A stretch of 64,000 bases of DNA from SAR324 cluster bacterium (GTDB lineage Bacteria > SAR324 > XYD2-FULL-50-16). The stretch lies in the NCBI GenBank assembly GCA_028280735.1, contig JANQLH010000305.1:3798-67797 (forward strand), written 5' to 3'. Within the stretch, counting starts at the first letter, position 1. Each line of letters starts with the position of its first letter. The notes beneath the pieces were generated by a model that saw only the letters and a list, made by a program, of their open reading frames with translations, had not been told where the DNA came from and made no database searches. Both the position numbers and the translations under genes were made by a program. Shown one piece after another: positions 1-9,330 of the stretch.

Positions 1-1368
1 GTATAGAACACCGGATTGGGAAAATTTGGAACTGTTAAACAGCTCATCCGCCTGATGACAGATAATATCATGAACTTCCTTCAGTTTGTTTTTAACGATG
101 GGCGAATCCGGATAAAGTTTTTGAATCTCTTTAAACGCGTCCAGTGCTTCCAGCTGCCTTCTTCTAAGCAGATGAATATCTCCAATGTTCATCCAGGCCT
201 TGATATCATTGGATTCGTAAGCCGCTATTTTATATAATTTTAGTGCCTTGTCTAGCTGATCGTTTCTGAAGTATACATCTGCCTGGTTTACAATCTCGCT
301 TTTATAGATCAGTCCCAGCGATTTCTCCAGCAATGAAGCAGCAATGATCTGATATTTGTAGGCAAGAAGCCTGTTGCCTGTTCTTCGGTGCAGAAGTGCC
401 AGGTTTATGTTAAGAAGTCTATTGTTTTTATCGGTCGTTACCAACCCGGTAAAAATATCAATAGCTTTGTCTTTTGCACCGCGAATGGCATTAGCTAGTC
501 CAATACACTGGTCTAGATCTTCAAAATCTACCTGGAAGTTTTTAAGAATCTGAAATTGTTCGTTAGCAACCGCAACATTTTTGTGCTTTAGAGCATATAA
601 CCCGAGGTTAAACATATCAACGTACAAGGCATCGGATTCTTCTTCGTCCAGATCCTGTGCTTGCTTTTTGCCTATTTTTTCTAACAGAAATTCAATGACA
701 ACAGGGATTTCGACTTTTATCTCCAGCTCAATCAAAGCCTCCAGCTCACCGTTAAGCGCTTCAAACTCCTCCCTTTGATCATTCGATTGTTTCGCTTGCA
801 ATTCCTTGTTTATACGATCAATTTTCCTGTTTTTATCGTCCGTCATTATTTTTCGGACTTCCGCTTCTGCAGACAATATGGTTTCGTTGTCGTTTAACGG
901 TTCGGGAAACACATAATCGGTGATCTTAAAAAACCGGTTGATCAGCTTTGAGACATCGTTGTCATACCATTCAACTTGCCCCATGCTGGCAGCCAGATTG
1001 TAAAAGGCTAGAAGACTGCTGCGATTTATTTTTAATGCTTGTCGATAAAGATTATTAGCTTGTTTATAATTACCGAGTTTTCTTGAGAAATTGCCCAGGG
1101 TTATGGCAAATTTCTCATCTTTTTTGACCTGAAAAAGAACCAAACCAATTGTTAACGCCTTTTCTTTGTTTTCATCTCCTTCATGCTTCAAAAACAGATT
1201 TTCAAGCTCTGGTTGCACAGCTTGTTGGTTGTGCTCAAGAGCTATTTTCAGTTCAATCATGGCCTGCTTGTACAATTTATCTTGCAGCAGCATGAGACCT
1301 TTTTTAAAAACAGTTTCAGCGTTTTTGAATGATGCAGGTTTTTTAGGGCCGGACTTTTGAAGCAGCAT
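1..1368 (-). CDS. TPR-like repeat protein, C-terminal end cut by window edge
   Basis: Absent from the ORF track because it has no stop inside the window. A reverse-strand ATG at 1368 opens a frame that I translated by hand down to position 1 without a stop (MLLQKSGPKKPASFKNAETVFKKGLMLLQDKLYKQAMIELKIAL...). It contains repeated helical A/L/Y/N-rich units such as LGNYKQANNLYRQALKINRSSLLAFYNLA, typical of TPR. Confidence 0.6.
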   Translation of the reverse strand, partial: MLLQKSGPKKPASFKNAETVFKKGLMLLQDKLYKQAMIELKIALEHNQQAVQPELENLFLKHEGDENKEKALTIGLVLFQVKKDEKFAITLGNFSRKLGNYKQANNLYRQALKINRSSLLAFYNLAASMGQVEWYDNDVSKLINRFFKITDYVFPEPLNDNETILSAEAEVRKIMTDDKNRKIDRINKELQAKQSNDQREEFEALNGELEALIELEIKVEIPVVIEFLLEKIGKKQAQDLDEEESDALYVDMFNLGLYALKHKNVAVANEQFQILKNFQVDFEDLDQCIGLANAIRGAKDKAIDIFTGLVTTDKNNRLLNINLALLHRRTGNRLLAYKYQIIAASLLEKSLGLIYKSEIVNQADVYFRNDQLDKALKLYKIAAYESNDIKAWMNIGDIHLLRRRQLEALDAFKEIQKLYPDSPIVKNKLKEVHDIICHQADELFNSSKFSQSGVLY

Positions 1369-1565
1369 GCGGGTGATTGGTCTGAATCAGGTCATCTGTT
1401 ATTTTGAGATGTTTTAATTAAACAAGACAGTACACCATACTAGCCAATCTTTTGATACAATGTAAATCTTTTATACCCAAGGTGAGTGCGATTAAAAACC
1501 GGTTCCGGGGATATACTCTGGTTAATAATCAACTCAGCGACGCATATCATTGATCAAATCAAAAT

Positions 1566-3380
1566 TCATGTATTATTTGCTGCCGATTCTTCAGCAGTGG
1601 TTTCTCCATCCTTCTCCTGATGTTCCATTGAATGGAGTAATTGCAGGTAATATCCGTTTTTTGAAACCAAATAGTCATGGCTTCCGGTTTCCACGATCTT
1701 GCCTTCTTTCATGACCAGGATACGATCCGATTTACGAATGGTGCTTAAGCGATGGGCCACGGCAATTACGGTTTTATCGTTGAATATCTTCTCAATTGCC
1801 TTTTGAATCAGTTCCTCGGTTAGGGAATCGATAGAACTGGTTGCTTCATCAAGCAGTATCAGTTCGCTGTTTCCTGCAATTGCCCTGGCAAAAGATACAA
1901 GCTGAGCCTGTCCAGCCGAAAGATTCCCCCCGTGATCAATGATTTGATAATTCAACTTGCCCGGTAAATGATCGATAAATTCCTGTGCATGGACGTATTC
2001 CATGGCTTGCTGAATTTGTTCTTCTCCTATTCCAGGGCGATTTAGAGATATGTTAAAGGATAAAGATTCATTAAAAAGATGCACATCCTGGTGCATTAAG
2101 GTTGCTATCTGATTGATTTCGTTTCTGGAAACATCGCTGATTTCATGGTTATTGATTTTAATGGTTCCCGAATAGTTCGTGTAGTTTTTGGTTATCAGCT
2201 TTAAAACTGTAGATTTCCCGGAACCGGTTGCTCCTACAATTGCTATTTTTTCACCTTTATTTAATTGGAAAGTCACGTCTTTTAAAACAAGATGATCATT
2301 ATCTCCGTAACTGAAACAAACATTTTTGAATTCCAAAGAGGAAAATCGCTCGATTGCAGGTGAACGTTTCGAGGACAACCGGGAGGAGTCTTTCTCAGCC
2401 TCCACGTTGAAAAGATCATTTACATGCTCAAGAGCGGCCAAAGCTCTTTGAATCAAGGCAATCTGCTGGGCAAACTCACGGATGGGAACAAAAATTTTGC
2501 TTAAGGTGTTGATAAAACCAATCAAAACCCCAATTGTGATGAAACCTGCCAAGATTTGTCCGGTGCCATACCAGATTATTAAAGCCATGGTTACCGATGT
2601 CAGACCATCTATCAATGAAAACAAACTGGCATCGTAGCTGTTTGCCTTTGTCTGGGCTTTTAAAAACCGTTTGTTTTTTTCCTTAAACCTGGCGACAACT
2701 TTGGCTTCGGAGTTGTATAACTGGATTGTCTTGATACCGTTCAGGCTTTCCTGTAAATAACCTGTTGCAATCGCGAGAGCTTCCCTGGCTTTGTTGAAGT
2801 TTTTTCTCAATTGTTTCCGAATAAAGGAAACAAGAAAATACACAACAGGAAATACCAGGATAATCAAAAGAGTTAATTTCCAGCTGAGATAAAAAAGAAA
2901 ACACAACAACGATACAGTTTTAAAAAAGTCGGTGAATAATGCAAGAACTCCTACTGCAATTGACTCTCCCATTGTTTCCATGTCGCTGGTCAATCGGCTC
3001 AGCGTTCGTCCAATGGGGTTTTTATCGAAATAGGACCTTGGTAGCGTCATGGTGTGTGTGAACAGGGCCCGTCTCATTTCCGCAATGGTCAGTTGTCCTG
3101 CCTTCTGAAGTGAATAGGTATAAGTACCGTCTGCCAGATATCCCAGGAATACGGCCCCTGCCAGATAAATAGTCATTTGGTACAAACCACTTAAGTTCCC
3201 GACCACAATGTATTCATCAACGATATGGACAAGCAACAAAGGAAGCAAAACGGAAGCACCCGTAGTAAAGGGAACGGCAATTAACGCTATGATTAACCAA
3301 TGTTTGTAAGGTTTTAAAAACCTCGCAAAAATCAGCAGAAGCTTAAAATCGCTCAGTTTTTCTAAACGTCTCAATTTCAT
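1566..3380 (-). CDS. ABC exporter, fused permease/ATPase half-transporter (MsbA-like type I exporter)
   Basis: 604 aa with an N-terminal 6-TM-like hydrophobic region. Walker A is GATGSGKST, signature is LSAGQ, Walker B is LILLDEATSS, and the H-loop is AHRLST. Confidence 0.9.
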   Translation of the reverse strand: MKLRRLEKLSDFKLLLIFARFLKPYKHWLIIALIAVPFTTGASVLLPLLLVHIVDEYIVVGNLSGLYQMTIYLAGAVFLGYLADGTYTYSLQKAGQLTIAEMRRALFTHTMTLPRSYFDKNPIGRTLSRLTSDMETMGESIAVGVLALFTDFFKTVSLLCFLFYLSWKLTLLIILVFPVVYFLVSFIRKQLRKNFNKAREALAIATGYLQESLNGIKTIQLYNSEAKVVARFKEKNKRFLKAQTKANSYDASLFSLIDGLTSVTMALIIWYGTGQILAGFITIGVLIGFINTLSKIFVPIREFAQQIALIQRALAALEHVNDLFNVEAEKDSSRLSSKRSPAIERFSSLEFKNVCFSYGDNDHLVLKDVTFQLNKGEKIAIVGATGSGKSTVLKLITKNYTNYSGTIKINNHEISDVSRNEINQIATLMHQDVHLFNESLSFNISLNRPGIGEEQIQQAMEYVHAQEFIDHLPGKLNYQIIDHGGNLSAGQAQLVSFARAIAGNSELILLDEATSSIDSLTEELIQKAIEKIFNDKTVIAVAHRLSTIRKSDRILVMKEGKIVETGSHDYLVSKNGYYLQLLHSMEHQEKDGETTAEESAANNT

Positions 3381-5137
3381 TATTGCTCCTGCAATTGCCA
3401 GGTTTTCAAATAAAGGCCACCACGTTTGATCAGTTCGGCATGGGTGCCTTCCTCGACAATTTGTCCTTGATCCAATACCAATATCTTGTCCGACTGTTCC
3501 AAGGCTTGAACCCTGTGTGATACTATCAGTAAGCTGCGTGCTGTTCTCTTTTTCAGGATTGTGGAGAGCAAATAACGTTCGGTTTCATAATCAACAGCCG
3601 AGAGGATATTATCTAGGATCAGCAAATCGTAAGGTGCCATTAGTGCGCGAGCCAGGGATATTCTTTGCTTCTGTCCACCGGAAATCATGATACCCTTTTC
3701 CCCGATTCCGGTATTCATTTTTTCAGGGAATCTTTCAATTTCATCCTTCAATGCACTTTCCAGGATAACCTGTTCCAGATACTCGGGTGTAATTGAGGAT
3801 TCATCCTCCGCTCCAAATAAAACGTTGTTTTTTACTGAATCGGAAAACAGGAAAACATCCTGAGAAACAGTTCGTATGGTTTTTCTGACCTGCGAAGAAC
3901 TCAATTGATTGATGTCGTACTCGCTAAAAAAAATGGAACCGTTATCAACCTTAAGGTATCGATTTAAACAATTCACCAGCGTTGTTTTGCCGGAACCAAT
4001 CTGACCAAGTATGCCGACAGTTTGGTCCGGTTGAATGTGAAAGGACACATTTTTCAGCACGGGGTCTTCGTGGCCGGGATAAGTATACGTGAGGTTTTTT
4101 ACCTGCAAACCCTTTTCAAATAGCTTCACTCTTGAGCCGGCAGTCTGTTTGGTTTTAAGCGGTTCTTCCTCGGATTGGTTGAGGATGGTCTCAACACTTG
4201 CCACGCCGACCATTCCTGTCTCTATGATGGTTGTTAACCAGCCGAGACCCATTATTGGCATGCTGAGTAATGCCGAATATGCAATAAAGGCTGTAAGCTC
4301 TCCGATGGTCAAATTCTGTTGAACAACGTAATAGCCGCCTATGGCAAGAATAACTACTTTAAGTATGTTTTCCAGATTTTGTAATACCGGCATTAAAAAA
4401 GATCGAAAGATTGAAATCTTTAGGGAGAGGTTCAACATTTTCTGATTGTGTTCGTTAAACCGTTTGCTGTTCCACGAATGAAGATTAAATCCTTTGATCA
4501 CATCGATTCCTGACAATGAGGAAACCACAAAACCTGAAAGCCCCTGTAAAGCCTTCATTCTTTCCCTCGTATTTCTAGTCACGAAGTGCATACCAATACG
4601 GATAATAATAAAAACGATGACTATCGGTATTAAAACATAGGTAGTGAGGCTGGGTGACAATTGCCACATCTTGTAGGGGGTGAGTGACAATGCAGTTGTA
4701 ATATTGAAGATCTGCATCATTCCAAAACCACAAATTAGCCGCACACCATTTATATCGTTTTGAATGCGTGAAATGATGGTTCCGGTCGGGTTGGAATCGT
4801 AGTAACCCTTTTGCAAACGGGTCAGTTTGGTAAATAGATCGTTTTTAACCCGGTATTCAATGGCACGACCGGGATTGAAAAAGAAAATACGGGAAAGAGC
4901 CCTGACAAAGACAATGCTTATGGCCAGCAAAAGCATAATTAATAGGTATTGAAATAATTGGTCCTTGTTTTGGGCCAGTGAACCGGCCTCGCTGGTAAGT
5001 ATGTCAACCGAAAGCTTTAGATATTCCGGAATTGTAACCGAAATCCAATTGGTTAATATGATGAATAAGATTCCGGCTAAATAGGAGAATTTGTAAAGAT
5101 AGATATAATGAAAAATAAATGCGAGTCTTCGTATCAT
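3380..5137 (-). CDS. ABC exporter, fused permease/ATPase half-transporter (partner subunit, degenerate Walker B)
   Basis: 585 aa. Walker A is GQIGSGKTT, signature is ISGGQKQR, and Walker B is LLILDN (Asn where the catalytic Glu is expected). It shares a 1-nt TAATG overlap with the downstream ABC gene. Confidence 0.9.
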   Translation of the reverse strand: MIRRLAFIFHYIYLYKFSYLAGILFIILTNWISVTIPEYLKLSVDILTSEAGSLAQNKDQLFQYLLIMLLLAISIVFVRALSRIFFFNPGRAIEYRVKNDLFTKLTRLQKGYYDSNPTGTIISRIQNDINGVRLICGFGMMQIFNITTALSLTPYKMWQLSPSLTTYVLIPIVIVFIIIRIGMHFVTRNTRERMKALQGLSGFVVSSLSGIDVIKGFNLHSWNSKRFNEHNQKMLNLSLKISIFRSFLMPVLQNLENILKVVILAIGGYYVVQQNLTIGELTAFIAYSALLSMPIMGLGWLTTIIETGMVGVASVETILNQSEEEPLKTKQTAGSRVKLFEKGLQVKNLTYTYPGHEDPVLKNVSFHIQPDQTVGILGQIGSGKTTLVNCLNRYLKVDNGSIFFSEYDINQLSSSQVRKTIRTVSQDVFLFSDSVKNNVLFGAEDESSITPEYLEQVILESALKDEIERFPEKMNTGIGEKGIMISGGQKQRISLARALMAPYDLLILDNILSAVDYETERYLLSTILKKRTARSLLIVSHRVQALEQSDKILVLDQGQIVEEGTHAELIKRGGLYLKTWQLQEQ

Positions 5138-8031
5138 TTAACTTTCGCCGTTAATCTCTGGTCTTGTGTATCGACCACAAATGCCTGACGAACCTTGTTA
5201 TTGACTCTGAGGTAGTAGTTACCTTCTTTCAACAGGAGGGTTTTTTGCTTGTCGTGATCAGTAAAGTAGGTCATCCACTGACTTCTGTTCCATCGCAGCT
5301 GAAACGACACCACGTCGTTGGTGATACCCCATTGCTGGACGTCTGACAGGTCGATAAAATAGTAGCCGTAGATTGGCTGTGTCTTAACCGGAATATAGGG
5401 TCGCAAGGAGTTCATGTTGACTTCCTTTTTATTGTTATGAACCGCTTGAATCATGGCAAAGGTTCTATCTCTGAAGATCGCGGAGTCATTCCCCAGTCCC
5501 TCGAAGACCTTGATGTCCATTGTGAATTGGTTATTAATTAACTTCCGGATGATTTCTACAGGAATATCAATATATAACAGATATTTCGGCATTGCGAGAG
5601 CAGAAATCTGGTTCTCACAATCTACATATTCCATGGTTATTTCAGTGTTCGAGTTATTTGTGGAGCTGTCAAACACACTGGTCAGCCATTTTTTAAAAAA
5701 TCGATTGATAGTAACCTCTTCACTGAAATCATAAAGATTTCCCAGGTAGTGCGCGTTCTCCCCCAGCTTTGCCATCAGAAATATCATCTGCAGATCTTTT
5801 TCGATGATATAGGATTTCAGTAAAGCATAGTATGCAGCCTGATCCCTGAGTGTACCCTGCAACACTTCAGTTGCCAGGCTTTTAATCTTTTCATGATCCC
5901 TACAAAAATTGTTTTCCCTAAGCAGTTGATTTAAAGCTGACTGTTTTATTTCCGTATTTGTTCCTTTTTTTTCTACCTTTGTATCAAATATATTGTCTTG
6001 TTGACGAGTCTCCTGCTCTGCTTCCATATCAGCTTCAGATATGGTTGCCGGTTGAGAAAAAGACTCATTAGCTGTTGTTTCGTCAGAAGAGAAAGCTTGC
6101 GGTTGGGACGCATTTCCTTGTTGATTTTGGCTTCTGGGAACCGCCTTTTTTACCTTTTTACCAAAAATATCCCTGGGAAGATTAAGCAGACTGATGTCAT
6201 TGCCTAAGGAACCAACTGCTACCAACAGGCCGTTTGGAGTAATTGCGATATCCGTAACCTGTTCCTCCTCTCCCGAAAGGGTTCGAATGAAACTGCCTTT
6301 ATTGATGTCCCAAAGCCGGATGGTCTTGTCCCTTGACGCTGAAACCAAAGCGGAACCATCCGGTGAAAAGTGTATTGATGTGATAATAAAATCGTGACCT
6401 GTCATTATGCTTTGCGTGGCACCGGAACGATAATTCCAAAGAACGATTGCACGGTCATCTCCCGCACTGGCCAGCATGGGACCGGCCGGATTGAAAGCGA
6501 TGGTTCGAACGCTTCTGGTATGTTTCTCCAGAGATTGAACCAGCCTCTGATCTTGTTGTCCCCAAACCTTGATAGTGCGGTCAACCGAGGCTGTCGCGTA
6601 ATACGCACCATCGGGTGAATATTTTACGTCAGTAATCTGCCCTTTGTGGGATGTCCGTTTATAGATTTCTTTATAGGCGTTTAAATCCCAAATGATGACC
6701 TGTTTATCTGCTCCTCCGGAAAGCAATATGTCCCTGGTAGGGTGGAAGTCAATTGCATTAACCTTTCCGGCATGTCCTTTCAATGCTGAGACCAACTCCC
6801 CCTTGGAGACTGTTCGAATTTCGATGGTGGAATTTGCTCCGGCAACGGCATAATGTTTACCGTTGGGGGAAAACCTGATTTTTTGAGGTCCTATTTCTCC
6901 GGTGTCGTAGCTTCTGACAACCTTTTTATTTCTCAAATCCCAAATTTTTACGGTTTTATCAGATGATAACGACAATAAATGATTCCCCTTGTCTGATACA
7001 TCAAGGCTAAGAACGGATTTTTCATGATCTTTGAGAGACGCCAAAAAGCCGTTATCACCAAGTTCCCAGGTTTTTAGGTAATTCTTATTAAAGACGCCTA
7101 AGATTTTTTTACTGCCGACTGCAAACATACAATCCCTGATCGGTTTCTCAACCAGTTTCAACCTGGAGATAATCTGCTCATTTTGGAGGTTCCACAACAA
7201 AATTGATCCATCATCGGAGCAACTGATTATTCTTGAATTGTTTGCATGGAATGAAATCGAGGTGACTGCCTTTTCGTGCCCGGATAGGGATGTAATTTGT
7301 TTTTTATTTTTCCAGTCCCGGATGATTACTTTTTTATCCTGAGACGATGAGGCAAGCATCGTTCCGTCAGGGCTAAACTCAACCTTGTATACTCTTGCGG
7401 TATGACTGGCATGGGAATCGATCACTTTTTTGATGGTCGTGTCCCAGACCTTGATTTCTCCCCTTCCGTTAGCCCAAGCCAAAAGGCGGTTGGAGGGATG
7501 AAAATCAATTGACGTTACCGACCTTGAAGATTCCTCAACACCCTGCACGACTTTATATCGATCCAGTTTCCAGACAAGTACTTTGTTGTCCTTACCGGCT
7601 GAAGCCAGGAATTCCCCATCAATAGTCATGCTCAACTCGCTGACCGGTCCTTCGTGCCCGCTTAATATTTTAACTATCGATCCTTTTTTATAATCCCAAA
7701 CATTGATGTTGTTGTCGGCCCCTCCGGTAAACATCAATGGACGTGAAGGGTGCAGCACCACGGATATGGCTTTGTGATCAGAGGTGGGAATAGTCTTTAG
7801 CAGCCTGCCGTTCTGGTATCGCCAGATACGAACATTGTATCGCTTGTCAATAGCGATCACCAGACTGCCGTCAGCTGAAACGGTACCTGCCAGTACACTC
7901 CCCTTGATTGTGTGGTAAGTCTGGTGAATGATATACTCGTTGGCGGCAAATACGCAGGTACTCGACGGCACTAAAAGGGCAAAAATGCAGATGATTGTTA
8001 ACACCTTGCTTGCCGCTCGGAACTTCATCAT
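5134..8031 (-). CDS. secreted WD40-repeat protein with uncharacterised C-terminal domain
   Basis: 965 aa. The N-terminal signal peptide is MMKFRAASKVLTIICIFALLVPSSTCVFA. I counted about 14 WD-type repeats by eye (..GH..V.S..FS.DG..L.S.S.D..I.LW..). These are followed by a Q/S/E-rich linker and about 330 aa with no motif I recognise. The gene has an ATGA overlap with the next gene. Confidence 0.85.
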   Translation of the reverse strand: MMKFRAASKVLTIICIFALLVPSSTCVFAANEYIIHQTYHTIKGSVLAGTVSADGSLVIAIDKRYNVRIWRYQNGRLLKTIPTSDHKAISVVLHPSRPLMFTGGADNNINVWDYKKGSIVKILSGHEGPVSELSMTIDGEFLASAGKDNKVLVWKLDRYKVVQGVEESSRSVTSIDFHPSNRLLAWANGRGEIKVWDTTIKKVIDSHASHTARVYKVEFSPDGTMLASSSQDKKVIIRDWKNKKQITSLSGHEKAVTSISFHANNSRIISCSDDGSILLWNLQNEQIISRLKLVEKPIRDCMFAVGSKKILGVFNKNYLKTWELGDNGFLASLKDHEKSVLSLDVSDKGNHLLSLSSDKTVKIWDLRNKKVVRSYDTGEIGPQKIRFSPNGKHYAVAGANSTIEIRTVSKGELVSALKGHAGKVNAIDFHPTRDILLSGGADKQVIIWDLNAYKEIYKRTSHKGQITDVKYSPDGAYYATASVDRTIKVWGQQDQRLVQSLEKHTRSVRTIAFNPAGPMLASAGDDRAIVLWNYRSGATQSIMTGHDFIITSIHFSPDGSALVSASRDKTIRLWDINKGSFIRTLSGEEEQVTDIAITPNGLLVAVGSLGNDISLLNLPRDIFGKKVKKAVPRSQNQQGNASQPQAFSSDETTANESFSQPATISEADMEAEQETRQQDNIFDTKVEKKGTNTEIKQSALNQLLRENNFCRDHEKIKSLATEVLQGTLRDQAAYYALLKSYIIEKDLQMIFLMAKLGENAHYLGNLYDFSEEVTINRFFKKWLTSVFDSSTNNSNTEITMEYVDCENQISALAMPKYLLYIDIPVEIIRKLINNQFTMDIKVFEGLGNDSAIFRDRTFAMIQAVHNNKKEVNMNSLRPYIPVKTQPIYGYYFIDLSDVQQWGITNDVVSFQLRWNRSQWMTYFTDHDKQKTLLLKEGNYYLRVNNKVRQAFVVDTQDQRLTAKVK

Positions 8032-8039
8032 AACGTGCT

Positions 8040-9065
8040 CTAACTTTTGTTCTGACTTTGATAAGTCAGGAATATGGATTTTAATTCGGTGGAGTTTGCG
8101 ATTAACACCAATCTGTCGTTTTCCTGAAAGATATAATCGGGTCCCGGATTGGTAATAATATCTCCGGCAGCTGATTCAATAGCAATAATAATGATGTTGT
8201 GTTTTTCCCTGATCCTGCAGTTTCGAATCGTTTTACCGACTAAGGGTGTGTTTTCCGATATTTCAAGTTCATCAATGTTTAATTCAAACTGACCTCTTTG
8301 CTGCGCGAAATCGAGAATCTTGCTGATTGTAGGTTTTAATATGATGTGTGAGATTTTGTCACTCCCGATTTGGTAAGGATTAATAACCTTGTTGGCACCG
8401 GCGCGGATGAGCTTTTTTTGTGTTGCCGGTTCTTCAAAACGTGAAATGATAAACAAGCCGGGTTCTAAATCTCTGGCGGTCATAGTGATAAATACATTCT
8501 CAGCTTCGGAGGTGACGGCTGATACCAACCCTTTCGCCCTGTTTATCCCTGCTTTTTCCAATATCTCTTCATGGCTGGCATCTCCTACCACAACAGGAAC
8601 CTGATGCTTTTCCAGATCCGCTTTGGCTAATGGTGCTTTGTCCACGACGACAACAGGAATATCCGTCTTTACAAGATTCATGGTAACATCCCTACCAATT
8701 CTACCGTAGCCGCATATGATGAAGTGGTCCTTCATTTTATTTAATATGTGTTCCATTCTTTTTTCTTTTATTACAAAGTCAAAAAACGGATGAATATATT
8801 GCATACTGATGTTTCCGATAATGTATGCAACGCTTCCTATTCCGGTTAAGATCAGCATCATGGTGAAGACCTTACCGATTAGGCTCATGGGGTGAATTTC
8901 GCTGTAACCAACAGTAGTTAGCGAAATAACGGTCATGTAAAGTGAATCAAAAGGAGTCCAACCTTCAATGATCATGTAGCCTACTGTGCCGATAAATATG
9001 ATCAGCAGGAGCGGAAACACAGCTTTCAGCAGGTTTAAGAGTATCATTAAATGTTGAATTCGCAC
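8040..9065 (-). CDS. 2-TM potassium-channel family protein with RCK (TrkA-N/TrkA-C) domains
   Basis: 341 aa with two TM helices flanking a pore loop TTVGYSE. A Rossmann motif FIICGYGRIGRD follows, then a TrkA-C-like tail. The start is GTG at 9065, with an alternative ATG at 9047. Confidence 0.85.
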   Translation of the reverse strand: MRIQHLMILLNLLKAVFPLLLIIFIGTVGYMIIEGWTPFDSLYMTVISLTTVGYSEIHPMSLIGKVFTMMLILTGIGSVAYIIGNISMQYIHPFFDFVIKEKRMEHILNKMKDHFIICGYGRIGRDVTMNLVKTDIPVVVVDKAPLAKADLEKHQVPVVVGDASHEEILEKAGINRAKGLVSAVTSEAENVFITMTARDLEPGLFIISRFEEPATQKKLIRAGANKVINPYQIGSDKISHIILKPTISKILDFAQQRGQFELNIDELEISENTPLVGKTIRNCRIREKHNIIIIAIESAAGDIITNPGPDYIFQENDRLVLIANSTELKSIFLTYQSQNKS

Positions 9066-9330
9066 GGTTGATAGGTTCTCAATGATTTGGGTATACTACA
9101 CCATAAAAGCCGGAATTGTTTTATTAATCATTTTATCACGTTTGTTGCTTCATTCAGCAGTAAAAAATAATCCTTGCTGCGAAAAGAGTATATGGTATAG
9201 CATTACAATGAAATATCAGTTTTTGTACAGCAAATCCACGTCGAATTAAAAGCGTGGTGATCCAAATGAAGCAACATGAGGCGACAAATCTGTTAAATTG
9301 AACGCATCGACCCAGGGGCAGAGTACTCGA

